From Lama glama (lineage: Eukaryota): a stretch of 64,000 bases of DNA. The DNA is taken from positions 40,364,001 through 40,428,000 of the forward strand of contig CM052817.1 of the NCBI GenBank assembly GCA_028534125.1. The letters are read 5' to 3'. Positions 25,837-39,200 of this stretch are shown here, piece by piece. The position numbers and the translations under genes are program-made. Positions within the stretch are counted from its first letter, which is position 1. Every line of letters begins with the position of its first letter. The notes beneath the pieces are model-generated. The model made no database searches. It had not been told where the DNA came from and saw nothing but the letters and a program-made list of their open reading frames with translations.

Positions 25837-26395
25837 TGTTTTTTATTGGTGTATAGTTGATTTACAGTGTTGTATTAGTTTCTGGTATATAGCATAGTGA
25901 TTCGGTTATGTATATATATTCTTTTTCATATTTTTTCATTATAGGTTATTACAAGCTATTGAATATAATTCCCTGTGCTATACAGTAGGACCTGATTGTT
26001 TATTTTTCTGTATATAGTAGTTTGTATCTGCTAATCCCAAACTCCTAATTTATCCATCCCTCCTCTTTCCCTCCTGGTAACCATAAATTTGCTTTCTATG
26101 TCTATGTCTGTTTCTATTTTATAAATAAGTTTATTTGTGTCATTTTTTTAAGATTCTATATATGAGTGATATCATGTGGTATTTGTCTTTGTCTGACTTA
26201 CTTCACTTAGTCTGATCATCTCCAGATTCATCCATGTTGCTGCAAATGGCATTATTTCATTATTTTTTATGGCTGAGTAGTATTCCATTGTATAAATACA
26301 CCACATCTTCTTTATCCAGTCATCTGGGGATGGACGTTTAGGTTGCTTCCATGTCTTGGCTTTGTAAATAGTGCTGCTGTGAACACTGGGGTGCA
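25837..26395 (-). mobile_element. 5'-truncated L1 (ORF2 C-terminus plus 3'UTR)
   Basis: Minus ORF reads AKTWKQPKRPSPDDWIKKMWCIYTMEYYSAIKNNEIMPFAATWMNLEMIRLSEVSQ, the L1 ORF2p end. Perfect 17-bp TSD tgtgatagctgtattta at 25820-25836 and 26396-26412. Confidence 0.93.
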
Positions 26396-27387
26396 TGTGA
26401 TAGCTGTATTTAATATGCAAACATAATTTTTTTCTCTGTGCCGTTTGTGTTTTTGCTTATCATTATCTGCATGACTACCAAGAAATGAGAAGGGGGAAAA
26501 GCTAAGATTTAAACCCTTCAAATTTTGTATTGAAAGGTTGGGTCCCAGTTGTCTTGGAAGAAGGAATAATTAACATGTGGCCTGAGGTCCTTCTCTTCCA
26601 GTTGTCATCAGCGCTTAACATGTCTCTCCTCCTCCATTATTCAGGATGACTATGAGCTGACACTGCCTGGCACATAGGTACAAAAAACATTTACTTTTAG
26701 ATGATTCCCTCAAGTCCTCATTCTGAATCTTTTTGCTCTTAAGAAAATGAAGTCCTAGGCTCAATTGTCTTGTTTTGAGCCTACATCTAATCTTAAAATA
26801 ACAATAGTAGCTTCCAATTGTTATTTTTTCATTATCTCTGTAACATTTTCTACCATACTGATTTCAGTGTATTGAGTGCCTACCATGCCCCAGACTCATT
26901 CTCTGTGCATATAATTCATGTCTCTCATATTGTAACATGTTATGAGGTCTGAAGCTCTGAGAAATTGACTCAGGAATATTTTGTAAATGGCAGAGCAGGA
27001 ATTCAGTCGAACTCTGTCCTAATCCAAAGCATATGCTCTTTCCACTAAACTATGCTGTAATAATATTCATGGAGAATATTATCTTTCTATTTCTTCTGCT
27101 TCATCCTGTTGCTACTCACTTTGCTTGGGTATTTTCTATTTATTGTGGTCCTGAGTTATTCAGAATAAGAAAGTCTGCTTACCTGTGAGCCAGAGTCGTC
27201 CCCTGCTTAAAATCTTTTCACGGCTTCCCCCAGGGGAAAGTGACAGCTGTCACCTCCGTGACCTGGCCTGCTTCCCTCGTCTTTGGTACTTCCCACCTTG
27301 CACCGCACTCTTGGGCCGTTCCCCTCCCACTGCCAGCTGTTGCCTGACCCTGGGCCTCTGCTCCCGCTTTTTCTCTGGCCTGGAGCT

Positions 27388-27516
27388 TTGCTACTCAAAG
27401 TGTGGACCAGACCAGCAGCATCAGTATCCCCTGCGAGCTTGTTAGAAATGCAGGATTCCAGCCCCACCCCTGGATCCCAAGTGTTTGGGACGCGTAGTGA
27501 TTGTTTGAGAAGCAGT
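27388..27516. mobile_element. MER5A-like hAT MITE
   Basis: tgctactcaaagtgtggaccagaccagcagcatcagtatcccctgcgagcttgttagaaatgcag...gtttgagaagcagtg. Confidence 0.75.
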
Positions 27517-27659
27517 GACCTAGAATGTTCTTGTTATGTTTTTCACCTCCACAACTCTCACATCTCTTCAAAACTTACCTCCGGGAGCTGAGGTCAGTAG
27601 TCTAAGGTCCCTCTGGGTGGGAGCCCCCAAGCATATGCGTTTTATATGTAGCATATACA

Positions 27660-28356
27660 CTCTTGCCTTTTAGGGGGTCTATGAGGTCCTCCCCTTTCCA
27701 ACCGCACATCTGTATGAGGCAGATTTTCTTCAGAGACGTCAACCAAAACAATACATTGCAACAGACGGACTGCAGAAGCAGATGTGTAAATCCAGCTGCT
27801 TCCGCTATGCCAGACATTAAAGAGATCCACAATTAAGTAAAATGAGGCCATTCTTCACACCAAAACTTGTTTTTTGTTTCGGAAAATAGAGTTATTTTTC
27901 ATTAAAATATATCACTTATGTTAACATGGAATAGGCTTGTTATTGTTATCTTCATGAATTGTCTAGTATTTCTCTTATAACGTTAACAAATACATTTATA
28001 TATTTTATATGTAGTATTTTATAATTTTAAAATAGAATATTTAAAGTAATTTAATATTCTTGACATATATTAACATTTAATATTTACTGGAATAAGAAGA
28101 CATTTCTCAGTAAAATTTTTTTTAAGCTGGGGAGGTAATTAGGTTTATTTATTTCTTTTTAATGGAGATACTGGGGATCGAATCCAGGTCCTTGGGCATG
28201 CTAAGCATGCACTCTACCCCTGAGCTTCACCCTCCCTCCACATCGGTTAGTAAATGTTGATAGATATAACTCGTATAAACAAAAACTCCTTGAGGTTCTC
28301 ATTAATATTTTTTTAATGTAATAGGGTCCTGAGACCAAAGAGTTTGAGCTGCATTG
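27660..28356. mobile_element. hAT-Charlie element (MER119/Charlie7-like) interrupted by a SINE
   Basis: tgcagaagcagatgtgtaaatccagctg...gccagacattaaagagat...gggtcctgagaccaaagagtttgag. Confidence 0.6.
28115..28240 (-). mobile_element. Camelid tRNA-derived SINE (Vic-1-like)
   Basis: ggaggtaattaggtttatttatt...atactggggatcgaatccagg...gcactctacccctgagct. Confidence 0.85.
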
Positions 28357-29494
28357 TCCCAGGGCAGGCTGAGTGCCCCTCCTCAGCAAGTCTATAGAAT
28401 CATGGGCTTATTGCCTTTTTTACGCTTATCATGTTATATTAAAATGATCCACTTGTATATCTCTCTCATCAGACCGTAAGGTCCTTGAGGACTGTGACTC
28501 TGTCCTATTCATCTCTCTATTTATTGAGACTAAAGAACCACCTGACGCCATATACTTTTGGGACTGAGGAGTGTGTTTACTTTCCAGTGTATAGAGCACA
28601 CTGGACAATGTAAGTGGGAACCAGCTTCGGGGGTGATGCTTTGTATTGGATGTCTGACCCTCAGCTGCTGAAGGAAGTGATACACAGGCCCCACCACCAG
28701 CACTGGTGGCATTCCACTCCCAACCCCAAAGTGTGTGTCAGCAGCCTGGGACCCCACCTCCCAAGGGAGGGAGGGAAGCTCTGTGAGCTGCACATGGCCC
28801 CTTCGTGCACGGCCTCATCTCACCAACAGTAATTTTCTCCAGTGCTCGTGGTGCCTCTGACCCTCATAGGTACAGTGAGAGGACGACAGAAACACAGATG
28901 GTGCAACAAGAGACCCAAATGGCCGTGTCTGCTGGGAACTGACTTTGGCCAACACCAGTGTGAGAGGAGGAGAAGGGCAATGGGTCTTCCCTACAACAGA
29001 ATCCCACATCAGACCAAACCATGGCAATAAGGGACCAAAACAGCCATGCAGCACTTCTGTAAGTTTGATGAAGCCCTGCCTTTTGCCTTTTGGACAAGCC
29101 CCTTGCACAGAAGGCATGATACAATAGTACCACCTTGTTTTCGGAATCCCGCAGCAGAATTCTGTCGGTGGCCAGGCACAGGATGGAGCAAAGCCTTAGG
29201 TGATGCCACTCTGAGGAATATATGCCGCTGGGAGGTACCCGTATAGTATTTCTAGCCAATCCACCTATTTCAACCACTTATTTTACCAGTGAAAACTTAT
29301 TTCCTTTATCCTAATTACGAACTCTTTAGGGTTGATTGGAGATAAAAAAATAATTGAAGCCTGTGAGAGACCTCTGGTCTAAGAACTATTAAGAGTTTGT
29401 CAAATGCTAACTAAGGATGCCTGAAGTGTGCATTCCTGATGAGGGTACTTCAGATGTTAATGGACTGCCCCTAGGGTGAAGAACAAAACTAACA

Positions 29495-29495
<1 letters not shown>

Positions 29496-29548
<53 letters not shown>
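29496..29548. repeat. (CA)~26 microsatellite
   Basis: Uninterrupted CA run of about 53 bp. Confidence 0.95.
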
Positions 29549-29550
<2 letters not shown>

Positions 29551-30205
29551 CTCACACTGTTTATGCTGTACTATCTTCAAGCAAATTACAGGCAGTATAG
29601 CAGTATCAGGAAGTTCAAATACACACAGGGTGGTGGAAACTAAATATGCTAGAGTCTCACCTTTCTGAAACTCAATTATCTCACCATTTCATTTAACTGG
29701 AGTAAAGCCGAGAACCTGTGAATCAACAAAGAGAACCATCATAGATGCTCAGTGCCAGATTCACCTTATTTCATGGCATCTGCTAACCTCCCAAGGGCAC
29801 GTTCCCCCCTTTACCTCCAAAGAGAGATCTTTGAATAAATGTCATACTCCGATAATTTTGCACTTTTAGTCTCAGCCCAGGGGACCCCCTTCAGCTGTCA
29901 CCCAGAACCTGCATGTTCTTCATCTGCACACACATTGAACAAGTTCAGCTCTCTGGTTTTCAAACCCTTTGCAAATTAAGAGGGACAAGTTAGAAGGAGA
30001 CAGAGAAGCTACTGCAAGTGGGAGCACTGACAAACAGAAGTGGCTGCTTTATCGGCATAGCTGAAGACAAAGGAGGAATCAGCAAGATTTAATAAGTAAA
30101 TAGAAGAACTCAGTTCTTGTAATGACTGAGTCATATAATGACTCAGTGGAGACCAAGAACTCTTCATACCTCAGCAGACCCTGTGGGCAAAACACTGATG
30201 TTTCT

Positions 30206-30276
30206 TTTTTTTTAACTGAAGTATTATTGATTTACAATATTGTGTTAGTTTCTGATGTACAACAAAGTGATTCAGT

Positions 30277-30312
<36 letters not shown>

Positions 30313-30538
30313 ACTTTTTCGTATTATTTTCTATTATGGTTTATTGCAGGATGTTGAATATAGTTCCCTGTGCTACACAGTAGGACCTTGTTGTTTATTT
30401 ATTCTGTATATGGTTGCTTGCAGCTGTTAATCCCAAACTCCTAGTTTATCTCTCCCTCAACCTCTTTCCCCTTTGGTAACAGTAAGTTTGTCTTCTATGT
30501 CTGTGAATCTGTTTCTGTGTCATGAATAAGTTCATTCG
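30206..30538 (-). mobile_element. 5'-truncated L1 3' end with (TA)n
   Basis: L1 3' terminus text. TSD aaaacactg(a/g)tgtttct at 30189-30205 and 30539-30555. Confidence 0.9.
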
Positions 30539-30719
30539 AAAACACTGGTGTTTCTAAAGCTCACCCTCATTGCACTGGATGCCTGTTAGGCTCCACTGAA
30601 GACTGTCTGGACCTCCCCTGTCCTGGGGCTTCTGGCCACTTCTTCTTGGCAGTTCTCTTCACTCCAGCTGGTGTTGGGCAGGTTCCCCCGACAGTGCCTG
30701 CACTGTATGTGCCTACTGC

Positions 30720-31090
30720 CTTTCCGTGTCTCTGTTAGTGCTACAGCCCATGACACTCTCAACACCCATGTTCACAATCCATAAGTTTGTGTGTGGTGGG
30801 GTGGGGGGCGGGCAATGCAGGGAGGAGCTGGTAGATGCACTATTCCCTCTCCTCCTCTCAGAGGGGATGTTCCAAGGCTCCATCATCCATGTGCCCTTTT
30901 GGAAGATGGACCCACCAGGCTGAGGTATCAAGCAGGGGCCAATTCAGAAACACACTGTCCTATGGGCTCCCCCACCTTAACTGCCCCCTCCCCCACATTC
31001 TGTTTCCCTGGGACTGAGCCCCCTTTATAAAAGAACAGCATATAAGCTTTTACCAGAAGCCCTGCCTTTTGAGAAACCAAGGCTAAGACA
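30720..31090. mobile_element. Old ERVL-type LTR (LTR16-like)
   Basis: Ends ...gccctgccttttgagaaaccaaggctaagaca, resembling LTR16-family termini. Confidence 0.45.
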
Positions 31091-31835
31091 CTCATTACCA
31101 TCATGGAAGGTCAAGTGACTTTTGTAAACGCTGATTTAGAAGGCACAAAGATAGGTAATTATTTCCACATACCCTTTAAAAGACAGTTGGAATAATTGAA
31201 CATCGTACCCTCAGCTAGCAGGAAAACACAGCCCTCTAAGATGGTTGTCTTCTTGAGTCTTCACATCACAGTTGTACTGAAGGGATGTTGAAAAATGCAG
31301 CAAGCGCAGATGAGAGGCACGTTTCTCAGTGTAGGCTTTCTGAAGGAAATGTGTCCTGAGCTGAGTTTTGAAGGCCTGGGGAGCTTTGGAAGGGCCATGC
31401 AGCTTGAATTTAGGAATGGAAACTGTGGGCTAGAAAGCGTGTGTTGCGCACAAGGGCTGTGCCTCTTACACGCGAAACGAAGAAACCACGTTACGTCAGC
31501 TTATTTATTTTTGCCCTCAACAAGGAAAATGGTCAGCCGACCTAATCAGTTCGGCTTCAGCAGCTGATATTGATCATGAAAATGGCCAAATTGACTCCAT
31601 TGGCTTCTTTCCTGCACAGAGACTGGCTGCTGGTGAGTAGCTCATCATTGATAGTTTTGGTGTTAAACTTGCTCCCTTGGGTCAGAGGGGAGGGTTGTAT
31701 TTTGCCAGTTGGTGACTGTCCTTTCAGCGCAAGATCCACTTGTGAGTGCACATGCGTGCGCACACACACACACTCACACTGCTATCTACTGTCACTGTAA
31801 TTCTTTAAAACTTTTTAATGCCAAAAAAAAAAGTT

Positions 31836-31976
31836 GGGGAGGGTAAGCTCAGTGGTAGAGTGTGTGTTTAGCATGCACAGGAGCCTGGGTTCAATCCCCA
31901 GTACCTCCATTTAAAATAAATAAATAACTAAACCTAATTACTTCCCTCCTGCCAAACATTAGAAAGAAAAAAAAAG
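31836..31976 (+). mobile_element. Camelid tRNA-derived SINE (Vic-1-like)
   Basis: ggggagggtaagctcagtggtagagtg...gggttcaatccccagtacctcc...aaataaataaataactaaacctaattac. Confidence 0.9.
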
Positions 31977-32479
31977 ATTTTTTAACAAAAAACTTGAGAA
32001 GTTGGGAGGACAGTCTCTTTTTTAAAGGAACACTCTTTAAACTAAATTAAATTTTTCTTAAATCTTAAGCCAGATCCTAAAGCAAACAAAGAAAATCAAA
32101 GTTAAACAACATCGACAACATCAAAGAAAAAAGGTCTTTGCCTTGATAATGTGCTGGGCTTTCATTCCTTTGGGAATTGAACGTCTGAGAATTTGATGAA
32201 AACCAAGGACTTTGAAGCCCCAGGAAAATGGGCATAAATGAAAGAGTTTGTGTACGATTTCACGGGTCCCAGACTGGGAAAAGTGATTATGTTTTCTCCT
32301 GGGATGCTCAGCTGATCTTGGATCGCAAGAGTGAACGTGGAACGCAGTTTTAAAGGTGCGAGAAAGTGGACGTGCAGTAACTTCGTTGAAAAGATGATGC
32401 TGTAAATGATTCCAACTGTTCATTTTGGTCGTCCCATTCTGCATACCATCAGGAGTTAGTCTGTTGTTCCGCTGACTTA

Positions 32480-32540
32480 CTGGGAACAACTAATAACCAA
32501 TCAGGAAGAGAGGGAGAGGACTGGGCGGGAGGAAGGACAG
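32480..32540 (+). promoter_or_regulatory. Candidate intronic CCAAT + GC-box module
   Basis: aaCCAATcag (CCAAT at 32497-32501) and tGGGCGGga (32522-32530) in a repeat-poor, CpG-retaining stretch. Confidence 0.3.
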
Positions 32541-35500
32541 AGACAAAGAATCCTCGAGAGAGACCCCGAATGACATCCTGTCTAATCAACCGAGATCTTT
32601 CGAGAAGACTAGAGAAGCTCTAAACATCAAACAACGACCAGGGTGAACTGACCTAATTACTTTTGCGAAAGACGGAGGGGTGCTCATCGTCACGTCCTTC
32701 AGTGCGAGTCAACAGTTCAGCTACTCACTGGGCACCTGCTGTGCTAACCAGCATTTTGTGTTCAAGGAACTGTGAATGATGTGAATTAGATCAAGACAAA
32801 TCCTGCTCTCAAAGAACTCGCCCTGTGCTAATTAGGATGGAATCAAAGCTTTGAAAAAGGAAAAAGTCCTTTTAACCTTCCTTATGTAGTCTTAGGAATC
32901 AATATGCCCGAGCATTTTTCTTTAAGCACTTCATTGTTAATGAGGTAGGAATAATACTGTTTTGTGTTGAAATTCCGAAATGGTTGTATTTATCTTTTGA
33001 ATCGCTGCTTAGTGAATTAATGCAAGCTATTTGCACAAAGACAAATTCAATTCAAGTAGATGGATGCAACTAACCTCCACGTTCAGACCTCAAAAGTAAA
33101 TAAAGCTGAAGTCGGAGAGAAAATAAAAATGGCTTTTTCCCGTGGCATTGCAAGTTTCCAAAGGAGGTGCTTTTCCAGAGCAGCAGTTTGACATCTCCGG
33201 TTCCTCTGTGGAAGAAATTATCCAGAAGATGAGGATTATACATCTAGATAGTCTAATTAACGATTTCCTTCTACGGGAATGCTTATCATGAAGTAGCACA
33301 GGGAAGTGATGTCAAGACATTTGAGGGTCAAAGGCAAATCTGAAGTGATTAAGATTTTCAGAAAATACTTCAAATGCAGCAGTCATGAACACTATCACTT
33401 ACAGACACTGAGGCACTGGAGGGGCAGAACCAAGGGCACAGCGGCAAAGCCTATTTTCAACTTAAACAATTCAAAGAGTCTGGAAGATTTTCTAAAAAAT
33501 TCCAAAAAGCTACCCCATCAGTGGGCTTCCATCTTCAGATCTGCATCCAAATGAATCACAGATACCACCTCCTAGTAGGGCGAAATCCAAGGGGACGAAG
33601 GAAGAAGGAGAGAACGTTCCCTGCATTGACAAACTGCCGGGGCGTATCATCTGTCCTCCAAACAAATGTCTGTGGTAAGCGCCCAGATGATTTTCTCGGT
33701 CCCTTACAAGATGCAAAAATTGTAGGGAAGATGAATTTCTGGCTAGGCTGTAAGTGAAATCACAAAACCAAACATGTTTAATCAAGATGCCAGTGACAGC
33801 TCATCGCTCCTCATTACGATACACTTGTGGGCTATAATTTCTCTCTCACCCATTGTGTTTGCTTCTTGGCACATCTCCTCGGGCTGGCCCTGCTTGGAAG
33901 TTGGCAGCTCATTTCCCTTTCCTTCATGCTCCAACAGATTTCACTCCCGAGATCTTACACACCACGGCTCTGGACCGCTGAGCTTCAGGTTAGTCAAGCA
34001 ACAGGAAATGCTCGCAGAGAACAGCAATTTCCTTTTCGTCTAAGGAAAAATGAGACTTTTAAGATGCTTATCACACCCAGGTTTGAAAAAAAAAAAAAGA
34101 AGGAAAGAAAGAAAGAAATCCCCAATCCTTTCTTCCACATAGAACAAACTTTTGATGTCAAGGCTTTATCGTGATCCAGTGTTTTGGAATAAGGATAGTC
34201 TTCAACGCCTTGAAAGGCAGTATTTGTGTCCTCTAACCAAAGCATACTTGGATGGGGGGCATTGTGGCATGATGCCATTTGATAGTGTGAAACTGGACTT
34301 TTTATCTTGAGCTAGATGTGGAAAACCATCGTCCTACTGTGGTATCGGTGTCAGGAGGAATTGTGTCATGGGAATTGGAAGGTTCCTAGCATCCGCTGTG
34401 GGTCTGTTCTGATGCGCTGTCACTTTAAAGCTCTAGGAAGCTGCTCTAGAGTTTCCTGTAAGGTGAGCTTGGGTGCTTTGGCTTTTGTGGTTTTGGCTCA
34501 AATATGTGGGTCTCTGGTTTCAAATCTGTAAAAGAGGGCAGCTCTTCCGTGGGTCGTCCTTGGGTTCATACCACCCCCTCTCTCTAGTCTTTACCCCTTT
34601 TTCTTTCTCCTTTGGTGATTTTAGGAGGCTTCTCCTATCTTTTCCTATCAGATAACTCCCATCTGAGTTAAAGAAAGAGAGAGGAAGCCACTCATATTTC
34701 ACACCCAGACCAAACCTGTTAGACTGGCTGTTCATCGTAAATATTGTCAAAATTTACCATATTTGGCAGCTCAAAGGATAACCTAGAAGCTCATGCTCAG
34801 AAATCATTCATTTAAGCTAGTGGGAAGGAGCCTCCTGGGGAAACCTGCTGGAAGCTGGGGTTTGGGTTCCGGGGAGCACGGATTTCTTTCACCGGGTTGT
34901 TGGCTCTATTTATACAGTCCTGCGCTGGCACCAACCCAAGAGATATCCTGAAAGCATATCTAAAAGCAGGCTGAACATTTATTGTACCCTTTGTGTTGTT
35001 TGCTGGAAACCTGGGCATTTTAGCTCTCATACTCAGTGCGCTACTCAAGTCACTGTAGCATTTTTATTTACCTGAGAACCTGAGAACTCGTCGCTTATTA
35101 ACCCGAATACCATTCATTGAATCGTTGCAGAAATATTTCACAGTGTCTGCTGTATGCAAGCCTCTGGCTTTCCACTGGACCCTGCAGGCCCAGCAGTATA
35201 TCCATGTGGCGGGGCAGGTTACCCTGAAGCTGCTTCTGGAATGGACATTACATTGTAGAGAGTTTACTGGAGAGGGTCATTGGGGGTCAACATCTGTGGA
35301 AGAAGGGACAGAAATAGGACTGAGCAAGGCGAGAAGGAGAGGCTTTAAAACTATCAGTGCCAGACCAGAAATTCTGATTCAGTTGGATTCAGTTGTTCTG
35401 CAGTGGGTTTCCAACATCAGTCATATCAAAATGTTTGCCCAACTGATTGTAACGTGCAGTTAAGGTTGAGACCACTGATCTAGCAGGTGAGACTGCCCTC

Positions 35501-36124
35501 TAGGCCAGCGATGTGAGTGCTGAGAGCTGAGAAGTACAATATGCTTCCGGATCAGTGTGCTGGACACCATGTCTGGTCCAAGGGGATGAAGGAAATCCCC
35601 CAAGAAGGAGAGACGCTTAGACTGATACTTGGAAAAGTTAAGTCAGCCAGGCAGGGGGAAGAGGGTCATAGACACAAGGGCCAGAGAGAAGGTGGTGCCC
35701 AAGGAATGGGAAGAAGTCCAGGCTAGCTCGAGTGTACGAAGTGTTTATTTCTGAGCTTGAGGAGACAGTACTTTTACTCAAATATGTGCAAATCATGGGG
35801 GCAATGGCTAGATTACACACTCCAACCCGGTTTACCTCTCCCCTGTGACCTGCTCTTGGTAAGATGAGTTAGTTGCAGCTTATGCACAGAAGGAGCAGAC
35901 ACTTGAGTTTAAGAGCTGAGTTTAAGCCTGCCTATGCTCTTTATAACCAGTGGGCCTTGGAGAAATTCCACGACCCCTCTGGACCTCTGTAAATGTCTTA
36001 TGGCGATAAGGTTATGAAAAGTATCTCATAAGGCTAATGTGGAGCTCAAATGAGGAAATATATGTATGTAAGTAGCATGAATTAATATGCTGATGCGTTC
36101 CAAGTTTCTACTTCCATCAAAACA

Positions 36125-37180
36125 TCTCTCTAGAGCACCTCTGAACTCCAGACGTGTCTGTGGAGCTGCCTGTTTGACATCTCCCCTTGAATGTGTAATG
36201 GGCACCTCCCACTTGGTATATCCAAGACTGAGCTCCTCGTATGCTGTTTGAAACTGGCTCCCCTCCGTTCTTCCCATATCAGCTAATGGCATCTCCATCG
36301 TTGGTGTCATCCTTGACCCCTTTCTCTCCAACACCCAGTCCATTAACAAGTCCTGTCACTCTACTTTCAAAATACATCCAGAATTTGACTGTTTCTCACA
36401 CCCAGCCCCACTATCCTGGCTCAAACCAACGCCCTCTCTTGCCGAGGCTTTGTGACAGCCTCCTAACTACCCTCCTTGTTCTGCACTCCCCGGCAGTCCG
36501 TTCTCAACACCGCACTCAGAGTGATCCTGCTAAGATAATAAGTCAGGTCACACCACTCCTTTGATCAAAACCTGCCCCCGCTCCATCTCACTCAGAGCAG
36601 AGGATGAAACCCTTATGACGACCTGCAAGACCTTCCATGACCTCGTCCACCATTGTTCTCTTCTCTCCTGCAGTTCTCCCCTTTGTTCGTCTGTTTCAGC
36701 CCCTACTCGCCTGCTCTTCCCTGAACATGCCAAGAATGCTCCTGCATCAGGGCCCTTGTGCTTGTGGTTTCCTCTGCCTGGAATCTTCTTCCTTATTTAG
36801 CCATATGGCTAACTTCTCACTTCCTTCAAGTCTTTACTCAAAAGCTATCATGTCAGAAAATCCTTCCCTTGACTTCCTGTCTGAAATGTCAGCACCTGCC
36901 CTTGAGGTCACATTCTCCTTCTTTGCTTGATTCTTTCCCATAGTATTTGCCCCTAGCATGCTCTATATTTTATTTATATTGTTTTCTTCCCTACCAGAAT
37001 ATACATACATATGTATAAAAATAGGTGTATGTAATATATTGATATTTATAAAATCTCCCTACCAGTATACCCCTGTTCTCCAAGGGCAGGGATTCCTGTC
37101 TGTCTCTTTTGTTCACTTTACGTCTTCAGTGCTAGGACGGTACCTGGCATATAGCAGGCACTCAGTAAATTTGTTAGTAT
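36125..37180 (+). mobile_element. L2 LINE 3' region
   Basis: ctgaactccagac...ttgacatctccccttgaatgt...tacctggcatatagcaggcactcagtaaatttgtt. Confidence 0.85.
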
Positions 37181-39009
37181 TGCATTTTACAGAAGAGAAA
37201 CATGTGTGATTAAATAATTAAGTTCACACAGCAAGAAAGTGGCAGAGTTGGGTAGTTAACTGTTCTATGATGCTTTACAACATAAAAAGCCCACTTAGTG
37301 AAAAGAGCAGTATCAGTGGCCCCTGTCCAGCCTTCCTCCCTACCACCAGCCAAAGAAAGAAAATCTTTCACAGAGGAAGGATCAGGGGCTGGAGGCTTCG
37401 TGGAGTTGCCCTGTGGAGCCCTGGCTGGGGCATTCAGATCTGAGTGTCCGTTATTAAGCAAGGAAGCTGCGAACCATCTCAGCACTTGCTCTGAGAAGAG
37501 AAGGCCAGTGACTGTAATTCCTTGAGGCCCAGAAGGAAGGGGTACTCGGCCGCATGGGAAGATATGCTGAGTCTGTTTGAAATGATTTTACAGCATCAAG
37601 CCCCGTCTCACCGGCAATCCCACCTAGACTCACTGTGCCCCCTAAAAGTCCCTTCGTCTTTCATCGGTTCCACTAAATGCACAAAGAGGAATCCTAGCAG
37701 AATACAGGAAGAGCAGAGTCAGAGAACAGCCCTATGGTTAGATCTGCTGAAGCTTTGTTGGAAGGAGGGCAGTGATTTTTAAAGAGCATCCTTTTCTGAG
37801 GAGGAGGAAAGTTGGTGGACGGTGGTTGTGCAAGGAGGTGAAGCCAAGCCTTTTTTCTCCTCCCACTTGGGAAACCACATGGCGGGTGCTCTTCCTCCAC
37901 AGGGTCCCAGCCCCATCCGGGAAGTTTAGCTCTTGGAACGGGAGTACAGGCAGGCAGGTGGCTTTCCTGAACAGTTCAGAGCGGGGAGGCAGGAGCAGGG
38001 CGTGCTGGAAGGTGAGTCCAGCAGGCAGCAGTCAAACCAGAGGAGGCGGATTCTACAGGGTCGAGGCAGAGCAAAGAGAGCAAGGGCGTGGCCCACCAAG
38101 GGAGAACCACCGCCCCTCTGAGCCACGGGGTCCTCATGGCCAGAGTGTGTCCAACTCGAATCTGTGGTAGACTTAGCCCAGCAGCCAGCACAGAGCTGGC
38201 CCCCAATCCATGTGTTTTGTCTCCTTTCCAAAGGCAAAATTAGGGGCCCAGACAGTGGCTCAGAACAGCACTAGGAGAGGCTCTTTTCAAAGATACTGGA
38301 TTGTAACCCAGAGAGGGGAGGAAAGGAAGGAGCATCTTACATGTTACGCTGCAGAACGCCTCTGTGGGCAGCGTTCAGCTGCTTCCTTTCCTCCAGAGGT
38401 ACACAGGAGGAGCAGCCACAGCAGACCCTGGGCTCTTCACATCCCCCCATTCAGCTGATGCTCCCACCCTCAGCTGCTCTCCTTTCTGGGGGTTGCCCTT
38501 GTCCTCAAGGAACTGCCCCGCCCAAGGGTTCACCTCGCCCAGGGGCCCCCTGGGGCCAATGGCTGGATGATGCGGGGATGCCTTTCAATTGGGGGCAACT
38601 CTGCAGGGTCATCCAGACCCAATGGACCTGCAGAAGCTCACTGTGGGTAAGCTTTTCCCATGGCCGATCCTGCCTCCCTCTCTCCCTCCCTTCCAAGCAT
38701 CTCTTAAGAGCACGCTCCAAAAGCCTTTTGCACAGGACTCTGGGGAGCCCAGCCTCAGCCCACCAGCCCCTCATTGTCTGTTGTCTTTGCCCCTCCAACC
38801 ACAGCCCACTCGTCTGACCTCCCAGGCACCCTCTTTCCACTAAAATGCAGTCATCTTATATTGCTAATGACTGGAAAATGGGTGCTGATGGGTTAACATG
38901 TTGCCTAATAAAAATGGCTCTAAGTTATATGGGAACCGACACATAAGTTCAGGTAGCAGTGTGCAGAACACACATACATGGTTTTATTGAAAACAGAAGA
39001 GCCTAATAG

Positions 39010-39200
39010 CCTCTGACATGATTCCGCCAGGATTTGAATCTTGGTCCTATTACTTATTAGTCTTGTGACCTTGGCCAGCTACATAACATTTCTGTGGCTC
39101 AATTTCCCCATCTGTAAAATGAGGATAGTAATGGTCCCTTCTTTCCAGAGTTGTTAGAATTAAATGAGTCAGTATGTGGAATAGCCTTGTATACAGTTAG
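39010..39200. mobile_element. MIR
   Basis: ggatttgaatcttggtcctattacttattagtcttgtgaccttggcc...ctcaatttccccatctgtaaaatgaggatagtaat. Confidence 0.75.

Noticed and set aside
33060..33760. Purine-rich stretch that at first looked like a processed pseudogene
   Set aside because: No frame gives a recognisable protein, and I see no poly(A)/TSD pair. Kept only as part of the repeat-poor block.
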